A DNA stretch of 64,000 nt. Origin: Trichoplax sp. H2 (Eukaryota). The translations under genes and the position numbers were made by a program. This document shows positions 42,794-58,678 of the stretch, in pieces; the first letter of the stretch is position 1; each line of letters begins with the position of its first letter. The stretch lies in the NCBI GenBank assembly GCA_003344405.1, contig NOWV01000179.1:1-64000 (forward strand). Reading direction: 5' to 3'. The notes under the pieces were generated by a model, which was given only the letters and a program-made list of their open reading frames with translations, was not told the origin of the DNA and ran no database searches.

Positions 42794-45700
42794 AATTGCA
42801 TTATGAGTCTCTCGGTCATAGAGAATGCGAACAATCTGAAGTAGAAAGTCGATTATCTCAATTTTTGATCAATCTTAATTTATTATTAATGATCTATTGA
42901 TTACAAGGCCAATTTCTGGGAAGACAGGAAATTTTTAGATAATCGGTCTAAATTTTAATGATTTTACTATATCTATTGAGTAGAAAGGCTTCTTGCTTTC
43001 ACTTCATTCATCAACTGCTTAACATTTCAAGTATTGAAATGTATAGTCTAGCATTCTAGACTTTATCAGTATACATTCATAAGAATATTATAATAATTAT
43101 AATCCGATCTTTATACTAAGAGTAACCTCAAAAAGCATCAGGATTGAAATAAATTTAGGAGATAATATTGGCTTTATTTTGCGTATTTATATATGGCATT
43201 TTTAAATTGAGAGCTTGATTATTAATACATGTAATTTAGTATTGATGATTACTGTTAAGACATGATTTGCTAAATTTACGTATGGGTTGAATCTTTATCG
43301 CTAAGATGGTGCGAATGGAGTAGGCATCTTATTTAATTATTAAGTCAAGAGAAAAACCCTTATACTGCATACATCACACGTAGTGAAGGATGAGCACATA
43401 GATGCGCTTTTGCTAGAACATAACTAATATACGAAAGTTCAGAAAATATTTATACGTTAATGCAAGTAAAAGAATTACAACGTTTTAAACATTTGTTAGT
43501 GAAGGGCGCGAAGTGTTTGCTATCCATCTACCCTAACCCTTAACTGGTATAAATTTAATAGGCATTTACTTGGATATTACAATAAAGAAACCTTTTTTGG
43601 CTCATACTATAGAATAACTGCTAGCAATTTTGTATTATATAATCGCTAGGATAGTGAAATTTGAGCGTATTCATATTAAATCATTAAGATAAAAAAGAGA
43701 GAAGTCTATTCAAATGTAAAAGCTTAAATCTATTATTTTGTGCTAAGAATTAAATCGATATCTAGAAGGTGTACGGTATATTAGTCGTATTATATACTGA
43801 GTTCATCGTAAGACATAGGCCTTCATATATTTAATGAAAAAGATCCCCGTAGTTTTAGGTGATATTATTTTAGTGACGACAAAATAGAGTAAAATATTAA
43901 TAAGTCGTATGTATATTAGAAAAAATTCGTCCGTTTCATAGTACGATGTTTAGATTTATTGTTGAATCGATAGAAATAATCTAACACTTGATAGTTGCAA
44001 CTGTATGATCAAGTACGCTTATGTTCATCGTATATCGACATCTTGATGTATATTAATTGAGGAAACATAAAAAAATTTTAGTCTAGAACAGGTAATACTT
44101 ATTATCGTATTGATATACTTATATGCAAAATTGTGGTGCCTTTAATGTTAACAACATTATGTTTTCATTTTTGTTCAACTTCGCAAAACATCGATTTTAT
44201 AAAGTTGGATGCTAGTGTCATTGTGTAAGCGAAATTTTACTGTTTGCTAGTTGCTCATAATTATAATATTGTCATCGTAACTTTATTCTTCATGATGACT
44301 TTGCTGTCAATTTTTACTCAATCTATCGGTATGGATAAATAATTGATAAATAGCAATAATGCAAAACATACTCAAATTGTAAAATCGATTTAATCATGCA
44401 AGTATTTATCTTTTACTATATGCTAGCTATCTCATAATGGTGAACAGTCTGTTATTAAAATTGAACAATTTGATATTAGAAATGCCTTTATTGCTGTATT
44501 ACAATCAATGGCCGTACTTGATCTTCTTTAATATCATAAATAGGAGCTATCATTCAAGAATTAATTATGCATATTTTATAATTATAATATCAAAGTATTA
44601 TTGATTCCTAACTTTATTATCTTTTTTCTGACATGATAATAGTATTATATACATTAAATCTTCTGAATGATAGTTTACAGTTGTTATGCTATCAATAGAA
44701 TAACTTTAATTCCTTAGATCTTTTGTACTAGCCTGCTAATGTTATACTCTCTTTCTATACATATTTACTTTAATAATAGCCATCTTTAACAAATGGCTAG
44801 TTACCTTTCTTTAAGTTACTTTGTTATTTGTCTTCTATAATAGCAACAACAGACTATTGAAGAAATAAATACTTGAAATTTTTCCACTGGATGGCTTAAA
44901 TTTTGGAATGTTACCTGTACTTTTCCTTTTATATTAGAGTTGATGAATGAGAGGATAAGAATCTTTATCTATTTTTTTACGCACATCCGCCGAAAATGTA
45001 TTTCCCTGATAGCTGTTGTAAAGCTAAATAAAGAACTGCTGTCTTGATCATAAGCAGAATTATTATATACGCATATATACGTACAGTATATTGACCACTG
45101 AGATGGATACATTGTTGTGATCATATACGTGTACATCATTCAGATTCTTGTTTTCCTAGATTCTTGCATACAATTTTAATGAAACATCTATTATCTTAAT
45201 TAGTGACCGATTTTATATAATATCGATAGTACCATACCGGATGCTTCTAATTTAAAATCAACTGATGGTCATAAAGGAAATAGGTTCACGTAATGAAAAT
45301 CGACAGTCTTAGTAATCAGTTTTACATGATATTGATAGTGCCTTCCTAGATCATTCTTTTACTTCTTATTCTTATCAATTCGCCATAAAAAGGAATATTA
45401 ACTCGTAGCGAAAAGTAGCCATCTTTAATGATTGGTTTTATTCATATTAATAGTATTGTAGCAGATACTTCGTACTTAAGTCAACTGATCAAAAAGAAAT
45501 ACGTATACGAATTAAAAAGTAGGCCATCTTAACGATCAGTTTTATGTTATGTTGACAGCATTGTAGCCAATACTTTCAATTCAGCTGATGGCAATAAATG
45601 AAATAGGTACACGTCCATATGTGGATATTAATTTAATCAAAACGATCATTACTCTACTTAGTAAATATGTTTTTTAGCCTGTATGATCACTCGCATCTTT

Positions 45701-48700
45701 CTTGTCCTAGTTTACTGTGATCATTTTAAGTAATGCTAATCATGGATTATTTTTTTCATTTGGTTAGTAATTTTTTGATTATTTTTAAATAATATGGCAT
45801 ACTGGCTTTTCAGGTAAAAATTATGAAACAATTAATATATGAGCACAAGATTGCATATACATGTTTATATATTAATTATTATCGATGAAGAAGTTAAAAA
45901 GTAATACGAAATCTATCCTATAAATGGACAATTTTTTTATCTCTTTTTGTACTATTTTACAGGATAGGTCTAGTTCACTTGAAGGGACAGTAATTAAGGC
46001 TTTTAGACAAAAATTTTTTAGGACGTGTATTCTGATGACAAGTTGACACAAAAGTAGATTGAACTATTTTAATGTCAGCTAGCTGTAAAAGTAAATAATA
46101 TCGATGGTCTAAAAACTGCAATCTAGCTTAATATCTTTGATATTTAACTGTAATACAAATGTATCAAATAATTATCCCTTAAGGACAAGGGTAAACCGTA
46201 GGTTATCATAGCTTGTAAATAATCTCCTTATGTTGTACAGTACATTAATTTTCTCTGTTAACAGATATAAACAATGTATCGTTGTGATTAAAGCACTAAT
46301 ATTATAAATAACTCTATTTCACTATAAATACATTTGGATATTAGTGATAATATCAATTTACAATAGATATTTGTCTCGATTAGTTGTATTTTGATGATCA
46401 GTTCGCAAATTTATTAAGATTCTATTTTCCTATTGATTAAAAATAGAAAATAAATAAACTGAATAGACTTAGTTTCTATTATAATGAGAGGAGGAAAGAA
46501 CGAATGATATGATGAAAATTGCATAGGAGAATAATTTACTTTCCAATGCAAACAAGGAATTGGATTAAATGCCTTCTGGCAAAAATTCACACTCATTATC
46601 CTAACACTTTATATTATTCATGTGTATAATCTAGATACCTATTGTATCGTTCCTTAATTAATTCCTTATTACTGATTTGCAATAGGTAAAACCTTGTCTT
46701 GGTAGTGTTTATTGTTCAGTTGATAGACATCTTTTACGTGTGTGAAAATGACGGCTGAATGATTTTGAGCACCGGTCTAGTTTCACATTGGATTGCCTTA
46801 GTGAAAATATCTGACAGAAACGGTGTGGAATGTTTACGGATTCAGCTAATTATTTTTCAGCTTTTATACAGGAAGATATGATTGAAAGCACCTACCACCT
46901 GCTTGATTACATTATCAATCTCTACTGTCTTGAGATGATTCACTAACCACATCATCATGTCAAAATATAATGCCTAATGAATAAATATATAAAAAATGAA
47001 ATATGTGTAACTAAATAAAGACGCATGTTGTTTTGCTTGACATACGAGTATTCAATAATTACACTCATAGGTGCCTATTAATCGTCATTATCATTTTGTA
47101 GCTTTATCGATTTTCTACTATATTTTATTTAATAAAATTTTAAAGCAATGAGAATCATATTGATAAATTACGTGATTTATTATTAAAGTTTCCTTTTTAT
47201 TTTAAAGGTATGATACGACCACATTCATATAACTCACTAATTTGTCTTCAACTAACAGATTCGATGGTAAAATATTAATGTGATATTTGTAGCATCATTT
47301 TGATTCATAATCACACATTATATATCAATAATTAATTATACGCATGAAAAATACCTTTAAAGAACCATTGGATTATGACCATTCTGATATAGCTATTGAA
47401 AGGTTCTATAAATATTATTTATTTACTTGTGCTTATTCACTTCAAATTTTCTATCTCTGTTAATTTTTTAATGGACAGTTCAGTTTATCTAATCGAAATG
47501 TAATTATAGTTTTAATCTATCTGCAGTTAGAGATTGTACCAACTATAAAGTGAAAGCTTACCAATAAATTCGATACTATATATACACCATTATGATTTGA
47601 TACGCTTTACAACTACTGTGCTTCATTGTCGTAAGATTATAACAGAAATATCATTTGCTTGGATGCAATATTACTCTTATAAGTATTAGATTATCTCGTA
47701 TTGTTATTTTGTTTTTGATAAGAACATGTTGACCAAAATATTAGTATTTATAATGAGTTTAGATTACTATTCAATATGAAGGTTTTCTATTTAATTATAC
47801 ATATGGAAATGGTTCACTAAAACATGTTACGTAGTTCTAGTATAGCTTTTTACGGCTTTCCTAAGGCCCTTCATTCTAATAAATTAGAATCATCAAAAGG
47901 GAAATTCACTGACCTGATCAGCTTAATGAAACAAGGTTTTTCTTCCTCTTCGCATAACGTTTTAGATGAATTGCGATATGTCAGTGTAAAATAATTATAC
48001 ATGCTGTTGTCTCTTTCACTTGATTTAGCTAATTAAAAAAATAGGTGAAAGAACTTATTTTATTTCTATGTTTTACATAACAAGGTTACCCAAGATATAA
48101 TCTCTTTAATTGAAGGCTCAGATTCTAAAGAAACCGCCCGTTACTAAATCGATCTGCTATTTATTAACTTCTTATTAAGGATATTCCCTGAGAGGTGATT
48201 GCTGTATCACATAAATACTTTGATCCTCCGTAGAAACAGTAATTTACAACGTACAAAATTAGTAATACCAAAAATATTATACAGTATTGTTTGTGTATAT
48301 TGTCCTTACACCCTACAATTACTATTTGATGTTTTATTAGGTAATGGTTGCTGAATAAATCAGTAGTTGTATATCAGTAACGTCTAGTGTATTCATATAG
48401 CACACATCGCAAAGCAGTAACTTCTTAATCTCGTAATCATGGTAACAATAATTTACAGCAAGTAAATCTCAAATTCTTTTTGCACTTATGTTGCGACTGC
48501 CCTACAGTCTCTGTAAGGAAATCTCAATTTAAGCAATTGAAAGCTTTGCGAAAATTTGTTTGAAATAATGTCTTAAATATCGTAATTTTCGTCTAATATA
48601 CAGCTACAAGTACAAGACTTTATTAATTCTACTGGTGAAAATTAGTTATGTCACAATTTGAGATCCTATTAATAGAAGATATAAAAATCTACAGCTTAGC

Positions 48701-50298
48701 TAGCTTGAATAACCTGTGATAGAAACTACCTTGAGTAATTTTGGTAATCTCAGACACTTGCTTAATTTTGCTCATATTCCTACAGCAAATGGATTTATGA
48801 AATCAATGATAACTAATAGAAATCATATTTAGATTTTTTAAAGCATCGATACCAAATCAATTCTAAGTATAAACGTTCTGAATTTGGTAGTTTGTCTACA
48901 TGTGTATATATATTACTACTAAAAATGAATATCGACAGTAAAGCGTAATCAAAGGATGGTTTTAGTAATAATAGGAATGAAATAGGACCTACTAATTAGA
49001 TATAATGTATGGTGATAGTATATGGCCTATTAGTAAACATTAGATATATCGATTTTATGGTTATACGATTGTATTCAATGACTAACTATTTCGAAACAAT
49101 CGGTAAATTCTATAATTTCTCCTTTTTTGGCAGTAAATTAGTTTCTTTAGCTTAGCTGTATTAAGATTGTAATAATACCTATGTTATATATTATTAAACG
49201 TGTTGGAGGATAGCATGAACAGGAACACAAATATACTGTATTACTACCGTTCAAATGCACAATTTAAGAAATTTTACATTGAACATTGTCCATTCCTTTC
49301 GTGGAGCTGATGTTATCACTTAATACCAGCCTAAAAGGTACTTAATATTGGGAGTCAGCTATGTTTAGGAGTCATTTTTTACTTGCGAAGAGAATTTTTG
49401 TTATATAATGGTCAGTTGACGTTACTGAATATATTGGAATTTACCGTAAATGTATACGCATGAAGCTACATTTTAAGACGGCACTAATAGGCAGAATTGG
49501 TATCATCTAGTAGTATACAATACCAAGAGTGTCTAATGCAGTAATAAGAATCGTTGTTGTATTTAAGTTTACCCTAAACGTGATTCAAATGAAGTAGTAG
49601 TCTATTAGATGGTCAAAGTGCTAAGTATAAACTCGTATGCACAGAGCAAGTTAAACAAGATCGGTAATATACATATATCAATTTATCAACATCAAGGAAA
49701 CATCAATATCTGGTTTATAACCGGGTAGCTTTATCATTTACATTAACAACCGCATTACATAGGCAGTGAAATTTCTTATCGTAAAACATTGCATTAAGTC
49801 GACAAAATGAATATCTCCATATAAACTCGAAAAGCCTAGAATAATGCCTGCACATATACCAATTAACTGATAACTTTAGGATCTATTCCCTAAATCTAGC
49901 CTAGCTGTTACCGTTTTGTAATTGATGGCAAGAAATGATAATCTGATAAACGTTCATATAACATAAGATGAGATCAATTACTTATCTTACATGGTTTTGG
50001 CGAGCATCATCAAAACATTTATTTAAGATTATTTTGTAATCTCCGTTACTGTACAGAATAGCAATTATATTAGGAAATGAGATCATTTAAATTTATAAGA
50101 TCAATACAGTAAAACGGTGGCAGTAACATACAGACAAGTATTATTCACACCTGTTCACTCTATAAGAGATACAGTAATACATGGAAAAGTGCGGTGCGTT
50201 GCAAACATTATTTAACAATAATAATAATATTATTTACAGAGCCGTGTTGATTAGATTATAATAAAAATGTGTTTTTAATGTAATTAAATGATATTATA

Positions 50299-51648
50299 TC
50301 AAGTCTTTAATTCAGAAAAGTCATCTGATAAATGTTTCATCTTTTCGTTATATTCATTATCGACTTTTTGGCATTTTTCATTCATTTCTCTCATAAATTC
50401 ATCCCATTCTGCAGCAAACTCGTCCGCTACACTTTCACTTCGTGGCCTGGTCTATTAGTTAATGTAAAATATTGATACCAAATTAGAGGTTGATAAATCG
50501 GTGTTATGAGCTAAGCTAGGTATTATATCAAGCTAAGTTAGCAAACCTCTGTTACTTCTTCACTCGAATCTTTCTTTATCATTTCTGATAAGTTTTGTGT
50601 TAAATCATTTACTGTCGTAGATAAATTTGATATACTGTAAGGTTACTTTACTGTTAGTACAAATGATAAAACTATTTACGACGTCCAAGTGTACAGTACA
50701 TAGTTAGGTTTTTCATGATAAGAAATGTGATTAAGGCATGATATTGTAGGTCTACATAATGTAGACATATAGGTTGTTCTAGTAACATACTAGGTATACA
50801 TCAGCTACCACATTTTCTTACAAAGGTATATCTTAAATATTTGAAGATTGTTCTTACTCTTTTCAGCTGCGCTCTCAATTTGATGTTGAAGATATTGCAC
50901 GCATTCAGGGTGTAATTGGATTTGAACATGCCTAGTTTTCTCGTGGCATTTATTGAGCAGCATTAGTTCACGATCGTTGCGTTTTATCTAAAGTTGAAAT
51001 AAACATTCAATCCTCGATAGTGATTTTATGCAGGATTCTTCTACGTTCAACGTTAATACGTAGGATGAAGAATAATGATGGTTTGAGTGTAATTTACCAC
51101 ATGCCAAGATATGTGCATATCAAAAATAATATTATTTCTCCCTATTTCACTGTAGCTCTTATGCTACAAGCATGAGATCAATACAGGTTGATGAATATAA
51201 TTCTCATAGGATTTTATGGCAATTGTGTTTAATAATTTTACATTTTGGATAGGCTAGTGCTTACTACGTCAACTACTGTAGTATATTGGCTAATTTCTAG
51301 TTGTATCTATATCATAAAGTTTACTAGTCATTCAAATTGAAAGATTGACTTGCATTTCTCTACCTCAAGCTCTTTGATTAGATGGTTTACTTCACCATGA
51401 ATTGCTGCTCGGTGATCGAAGAGTCTGGCATAGATTGCCGAGGTGTCTACACAGTGAATAAGTTTCATTTAGACGAATTATGTTGACAGTATTAGAACAT
51501 TTATAGCATTAAAACTGTAGCTTTCCTCATCTATGCTATAGAGTAAGTATTCACTGTACTTGTATCAGTATGTACGCGCACGTATTATAGTACTATGCAA
51601 GGACGCATCTCTGAACATTTTACCTTTAAAAACTTGCTCCGCACTCAT
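50299..51648 (-). CDS. BLOC1S5: BLOC-1 subunit 5 (Muted), 151 aa, 5 exons
   Basis: Exons 51648-51624 (MSAEQVFK), 51446-51364 (DTSAIYARLFDHRAAIHGEVNHLIKELE), 50987-50858 (IKRNDRE...HPEC), 50611-50547 and 50451-50299 (EWDEFMREMNEKCQKVDNEY...*). GT-AG with consistent phases; matches Muted motifs RLxDHR, ExKRxxRE and WxxFM. Confidence 0.9.
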
Positions 51649-53399
51649 AGTTATTTTTGGGGTAGCCGGTAAAAGTTTGACTGTTTTCAATACACGCAAG
51701 AATGATGTCTAAATTCCTTAAAAGTAGGTAAGTTGCCAATGTGGTGCAGAGATTGCCACGAAAGCTGTCGATGTAAATGGTAGAATACGCATAGTGAGCG
51801 ATTGTACTTAATAGTAAGTAGTCAAGATGACAAGATATGAGAAATTAGGTAGTGATAGAATGGCAGTGGACTACCGTAAAACTATACATATCTATACATC
51901 TAAAATAATAACATCCAACTTTTAGCTTGATTGCTACGTTCCGCGATCGTATGAATGTATCTTAACAATCAAGCCATTTAAAAAGTAGAACATTGCTGGG
52001 ATCTTCTGTATCATTATACCGTATATTATAATGATAAGCGTACAGTATACATCAATAATAAAGAAACCGGATTAAGAAGACTAATGTAAGCGTAGCGAGT
52101 AGGCCACCAACTAGTAATATACACATATAATTTAGCATTCATAAGCAGAACAGGTCAGATCAATACAGCCAATTAAATAGGCATGGTATAGTATCGTATA
52201 CGCGTATGTATCATTCTAGGCGTTCATTTCAGTTCAAAAAGTATAGAATCATCCACATTGGCTTCCAAGCGAGCGGGCTGTAGGCTAGTCCTGATGAAGT
52301 GATTAAAACTTACAGTAGATTAAGTAATACTCAATCTATTTCGATTGTAATCAACTGTAAACTGTTAATTAATCCATTATAATTATCAACAACAGTACAA
52401 GTACATCCGAATCAATAGTCATCTAGCATTGTAGTCATTGACAGTAATGTCGCAAGGAAGTTGGAAAATTACACAAAGTACTCCGCTGTCATGATTGCTT
52501 CCAACCTGCAAAGAGGCTGCAAGATTGCAGTTGAAACTGGTGAGTAAAACGAATCAATCAATAAGCAAGTCTTGAATTAGTCTGCTACGCGTCCCATTTC
52601 ACAAGTTCTATTACAGCAATGTTGTAAAACCTGCAAGACAAGATGGCCGTCTAGGGAAGCTTTAGCCGTCGCTTTCTGCGATCAATATACACTACAGTAC
52701 TGTACTGTATGACAGCACTGCCACTACAGTACAGTATAAACTAGTATAAACTGTTGTGTAATCCGGCCAAGTTCTGTCTGATTCTTGGATATTTTACGGC
52801 CACTTTCCATATGTTCTGTTAATAGAGTACACCTGTTGATGGTTTACTTCGAACCATCACGTACAACTTTCCATCAAAAATATTCACTATTTTTCATTAT
52901 AATCTTCTAATTTGATCGAAATACGCAATTACTATCCTCCATTTCATCAAAGCATCGCGCATATTTTGGCCATTAACTTCCACCATTCGATGCTTTCCGT
53001 ACAGTGTACAGTGTACAGTACATTGTATAGTACTGTACTGTACGTTCTGAGCACCGATCAGAGAGTGTACAGACAGCCAGAAGGATTAAGCAACATTTCA
53101 ATTTCCCTTGATGAAAGAAGTTGCACAGAGCTGAACTTGGAAACTCAGAGAAGGATTTTGAATCTTTGGTTCATATGCTTTTCTATATTGGCCATTTCCC
53201 AAGGAAAGACCGAAAATAGACCTATACTAGAGGTCTTATAGGGTAAGGAATAGATTTTTTCACTCTGTTATCAAGAAAAAATACCTAGTTTACATAACGT
53301 CAGCGACACTTGAGTAAGACAACATGGCACGTATCATATTTATACAGTACTATTTGGAGGTGTTGCATCCTGATAGCTATAATTTCTAGTATGACTGCT

Positions 53400-53885
53400 G
53401 ACTTCTATCTCAGCTATGGATCAGTTGTAATCGTTCAAGACAACTTACATGCTACTCTACAACAACTGGTGCATTCTTACGTCGATTGTAAGCTGCAATA
53501 AATGATGATAAAATTCTGGTATAAAATCTCATCCGTTTTATTTGGGAGAAGATGATTGCAGCATGACCATGCTGATACGAGCAGTTGTGGATCCCAATTA
53601 TCAAACAATTGCAAGATTTGCACAAGATGCTGGGCAGTATACTGTATAGCTAAAGATGGGCAGATAATACTTGGTTTCTCTTCTACAGTAGGCGATTACA
53701 ATTTCTTAGAAAAGATCGTAAATGAGAAAGGTTATGCGTTACATCAGATAGCAAAACATGTTGTTCAAGATGAATATGTGATAAAGTGCGCACATGAGTT
53801 ATATGCATCTTCGGCCGGTAAAGACACTGACTATGTAGTAGCCAGTGCGGATGCAACAACCCGCCAAGTGTTTCTCTGCTCTTAA
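53400..53885 (+). pseudogene. Possible decayed DNA-transposase fragment (Kolobok/Mutator-like)
   Basis: Stop-interrupted, intronless frame with motifs in order: VIVQDNL..LQQL, GSQLSNNCKIC, AVYCIAKDG, GYALHQ, VVASADAT. This loosely resembles the N-terminal part of Kolobok-type transposases up to the first catalytic Asp. Recall only. Confidence 0.3.
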
Positions 53886-54780
53886 GATATTTCAAGAATC
53901 AAGATTGATTCAGGGACTTCTCCTCTTAAAAGTCTCTAATTAATCCATATCGACTTTTTTCAAGAATCAATATTGATCCATACCAGTTTTATGCATGTTC
54001 ACTTTAAGTTCTTTTCTGCACCTAGATTTCAGACTACCTTATGTTGAGCGGGAAATAGGTTAAAGTAATTTAAAGTAAATGTATTCCTTTAATGTATTAT
54101 CAAAATTAGTAACTCCTGATACGTATTATTAAATTTTTTAACTTATACATGCTTAGATTGGAGGTAAAGTATTGGCAAAGAATAAAAACAAATTTAAAAC
54201 ATTCTCGTCAATTTTTTTATTGGAAATCATTCAAGAGTCATTCAAAAAGTCATATTAATATTAAACTCAAACTACTGTACGTTTGATGACATTGAATTTC
54301 GGAGTATACTAAACTACAGACTGCTAAAAGAAAGAGGGATATAAAACTCGTTGACTGAACAGGTATTTGGGAGGCTTAGTAAATAATTAGAATTAATTAA
54401 TTATATACGGACACATGAGGCCTAATAAACAGTTACATAGTCTGCAAGCTTAGTGTAAAATGCTCGGAAGCGGATGATGTAGTATCGTTTTTGTAGAAGG
54501 TTGTACTTTACTCTGAGCAATGATATACTTTTTAATACAGATAGCAATCTGAATTTTAAGCTCTGTGATCTGATCTCAGTCTATTGTAGAAATTTTATTA
54601 TCCAACATGTGCTATACTGAGTTAGTACTCGTTTAATATATTCCTACATATACCTATAAGTATATTATATACTATATACGTAGCTAACTGTCGAATAAAT
54701 AAATGCTACTCTTTAGATTATCAACAACGAAATGTGCTATCCCATGACGAAGATACACATTGAACTATTTTATATAACTG

Positions 54781-56863
<2,083 letters not shown>

Positions 56864-57856
56864 TAACGATACTCAAAATATCAAGTGCCGCCGAAGTTAT
56901 CCTCTTACCCTAGCCGCTTATATTTTTAAAGGCTAATCATAATTTTGACTAGACCAAGGTCATCTGCAAGATTTTATGATGAGAGTTTAACATATAAATA
57001 TTATATATATATATATAATAAATCTAAAGTTTATCAATTCTAATAAAATTCCATTCACCAGAAGCCATAAATGACAACTTAATGTGTTAATAGTTTGAAA
57101 ATACGTTGAAAGTGTAGCGCAAGATGCGTTAAATTCGAGTCTAACATTATTCATTAATTCTACATACTGGTCAGCTTAAGTAGCGAAGCATTAACTTTCA
57201 TTAAGATTCATATTACTAAGCGGAATCACCGGTGTTAATTTGGTAACGCATTTTAGAGAGTTGTTATCAAAATTTACCATTATAATACTTTAAAAAGCCA
57301 CAAAATATAGCTGAAAATTAAGTTGTTTGGTATAGCTGTCAGTATGTATGGATGAATTAGACTGGGTCAATTTTTATGCAAGCATGAATAAATATAAAAA
57401 AAGTAATGTTTACTGAAACACGAACTAGCTGTTGTGTCTGCATTACTAGTAGTCAACCGTGGATGTATTTTAGAAGTTAATGATATAACAGTCTGTATTC
57501 TGATGTAATCGTAGATCAGAAAGACAGTAAATTATATCGAACATATCAAGTATAGAGGAAAAGAGTAGTGCCTGTTGACTATTCACTATTTTGGTTCATG
57601 ATATTCTGTTAGTCGATACTGCAAGACTACAATGTAATTGATGTTGCTATACCCATAGAAATTAATATTAGTACACTGCAGTGGATGATGACAAATCAGA
57701 AATACAGTACAGCAATTCTATACTGACACAATGTACTTAGTCAAAGAATTACATAGACTATAAGTTAATCTTATTAATAATAAGAATTGAAATTTTTGAC
57801 AGTGAACCATAAGAATAGGTATAAATTGGCTACATAGTATAATAATAAAGATATCT

Positions 57857-58345
57857 TCAAGGTCGTTTAATCGTAGGAGATTTAACATGTTTTGATGTAC
57901 CAGATTTTCGAAAAACATTCGAGGCTGCCATTAGATTATCTATATATTGTCCTAAGACTTGATTTTCAGATTTTAACTTTGCATTCTCTTCTTTAACATT
58001 GTCAACACGCTGTGATAAATCATCTAGAGTGTGCTGCAATTCTAGTACCTCAGCAATTAGTCGCAATTTATCATCTTCTTCCTCCTTGTCCTGATTATCG
58101 CTCTTTTCTTGAATATCATCATCTTGAATTGAATCATCATCTTGAACATTGGTCTCTTGAACAACATCGTCACTAGTAGTAGTAGCATTATTGTCTCTAT
58201 TATTAGGTGACGGTGTGTTATTTTCTTCATTGACAGCAACATGACTGCTTGATAATGGAACATCCTGAAGATCTTCCTGATTTATGTCATCACTAAAGGG
58301 ATTCGTCGCATCATCGAAAACTTCTTCGTTCTCCATGTTTTGCAT
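57857..58345 (-). CDS. SCOC: Short coiled-coil protein (SCOC/UNC-69), coding region intronless, 162 aa
   Basis: C-terminal [53 protein letters not shown] is the SCOC coiled coil; acidic low-complexity N-terminus. Confidence 0.95.
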   Translation of the reverse strand: MQNMENEEVFDDATNPFSDDINQEDLQDVPLSSSHVAVNEENNTPSPNNRDNNATTTSDDVVQETNVQDDDSIQDDDIQEKSDNQDKEEEDDKLRLIAEVLELQHTLDDLSQRVDNVKEENAKLKSENQVLGQYIDNLMAASNVFRKSGTSKHVKSPTIKRP

Positions 58346-58678
58346 TCAACTGGCGATCAGTTTTGGGCTAAAACATACGTACCTCAAGCGCAGGACCTTC
58401 TCAATGCAGCCTATAAGCATGCGCGAGCTTTCTCATACGGTACAGTCAGTGCAATGCGGTAAGGTAACTTGCAGACAACGGAACTATACTCTACCATCCA
58501 GTACTGCATAGCTACAGGTACACTATGACCATTTACGCTAGAACAGCAGACTTTATGCGTGGATATCCACTATAGTGTTTTTTGAACGGGACTTGGCGGC
58601 TAAGTAAAAGCGTTTAGGAACTATTTTAACCGGTTGCAGTTGGATTTTATTACTGATTGACGATTAGTACTGAAAGTC
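58346..58678. promoter_or_regulatory. Probable bidirectional promoter between SCOC and SPAG1
   Basis: 333 bp separate the divergent start codons; locally GC-richer than the surrounding sequence. Confidence 0.6.

Noticed and set aside
44425-44530. IEQFDIRNAF resembling the copia reverse-transcriptase QxDVKxAF motif
   Set aside because: Frame of ~34 codons with no flanking RT motifs; likely chance.
52225-52305. Possible box C/D snoRNA or SECIS (GGATGA...CTGA motifs)
   Set aside because: Box spacing and terminal stems are not convincing, and there is no selenoprotein in context.
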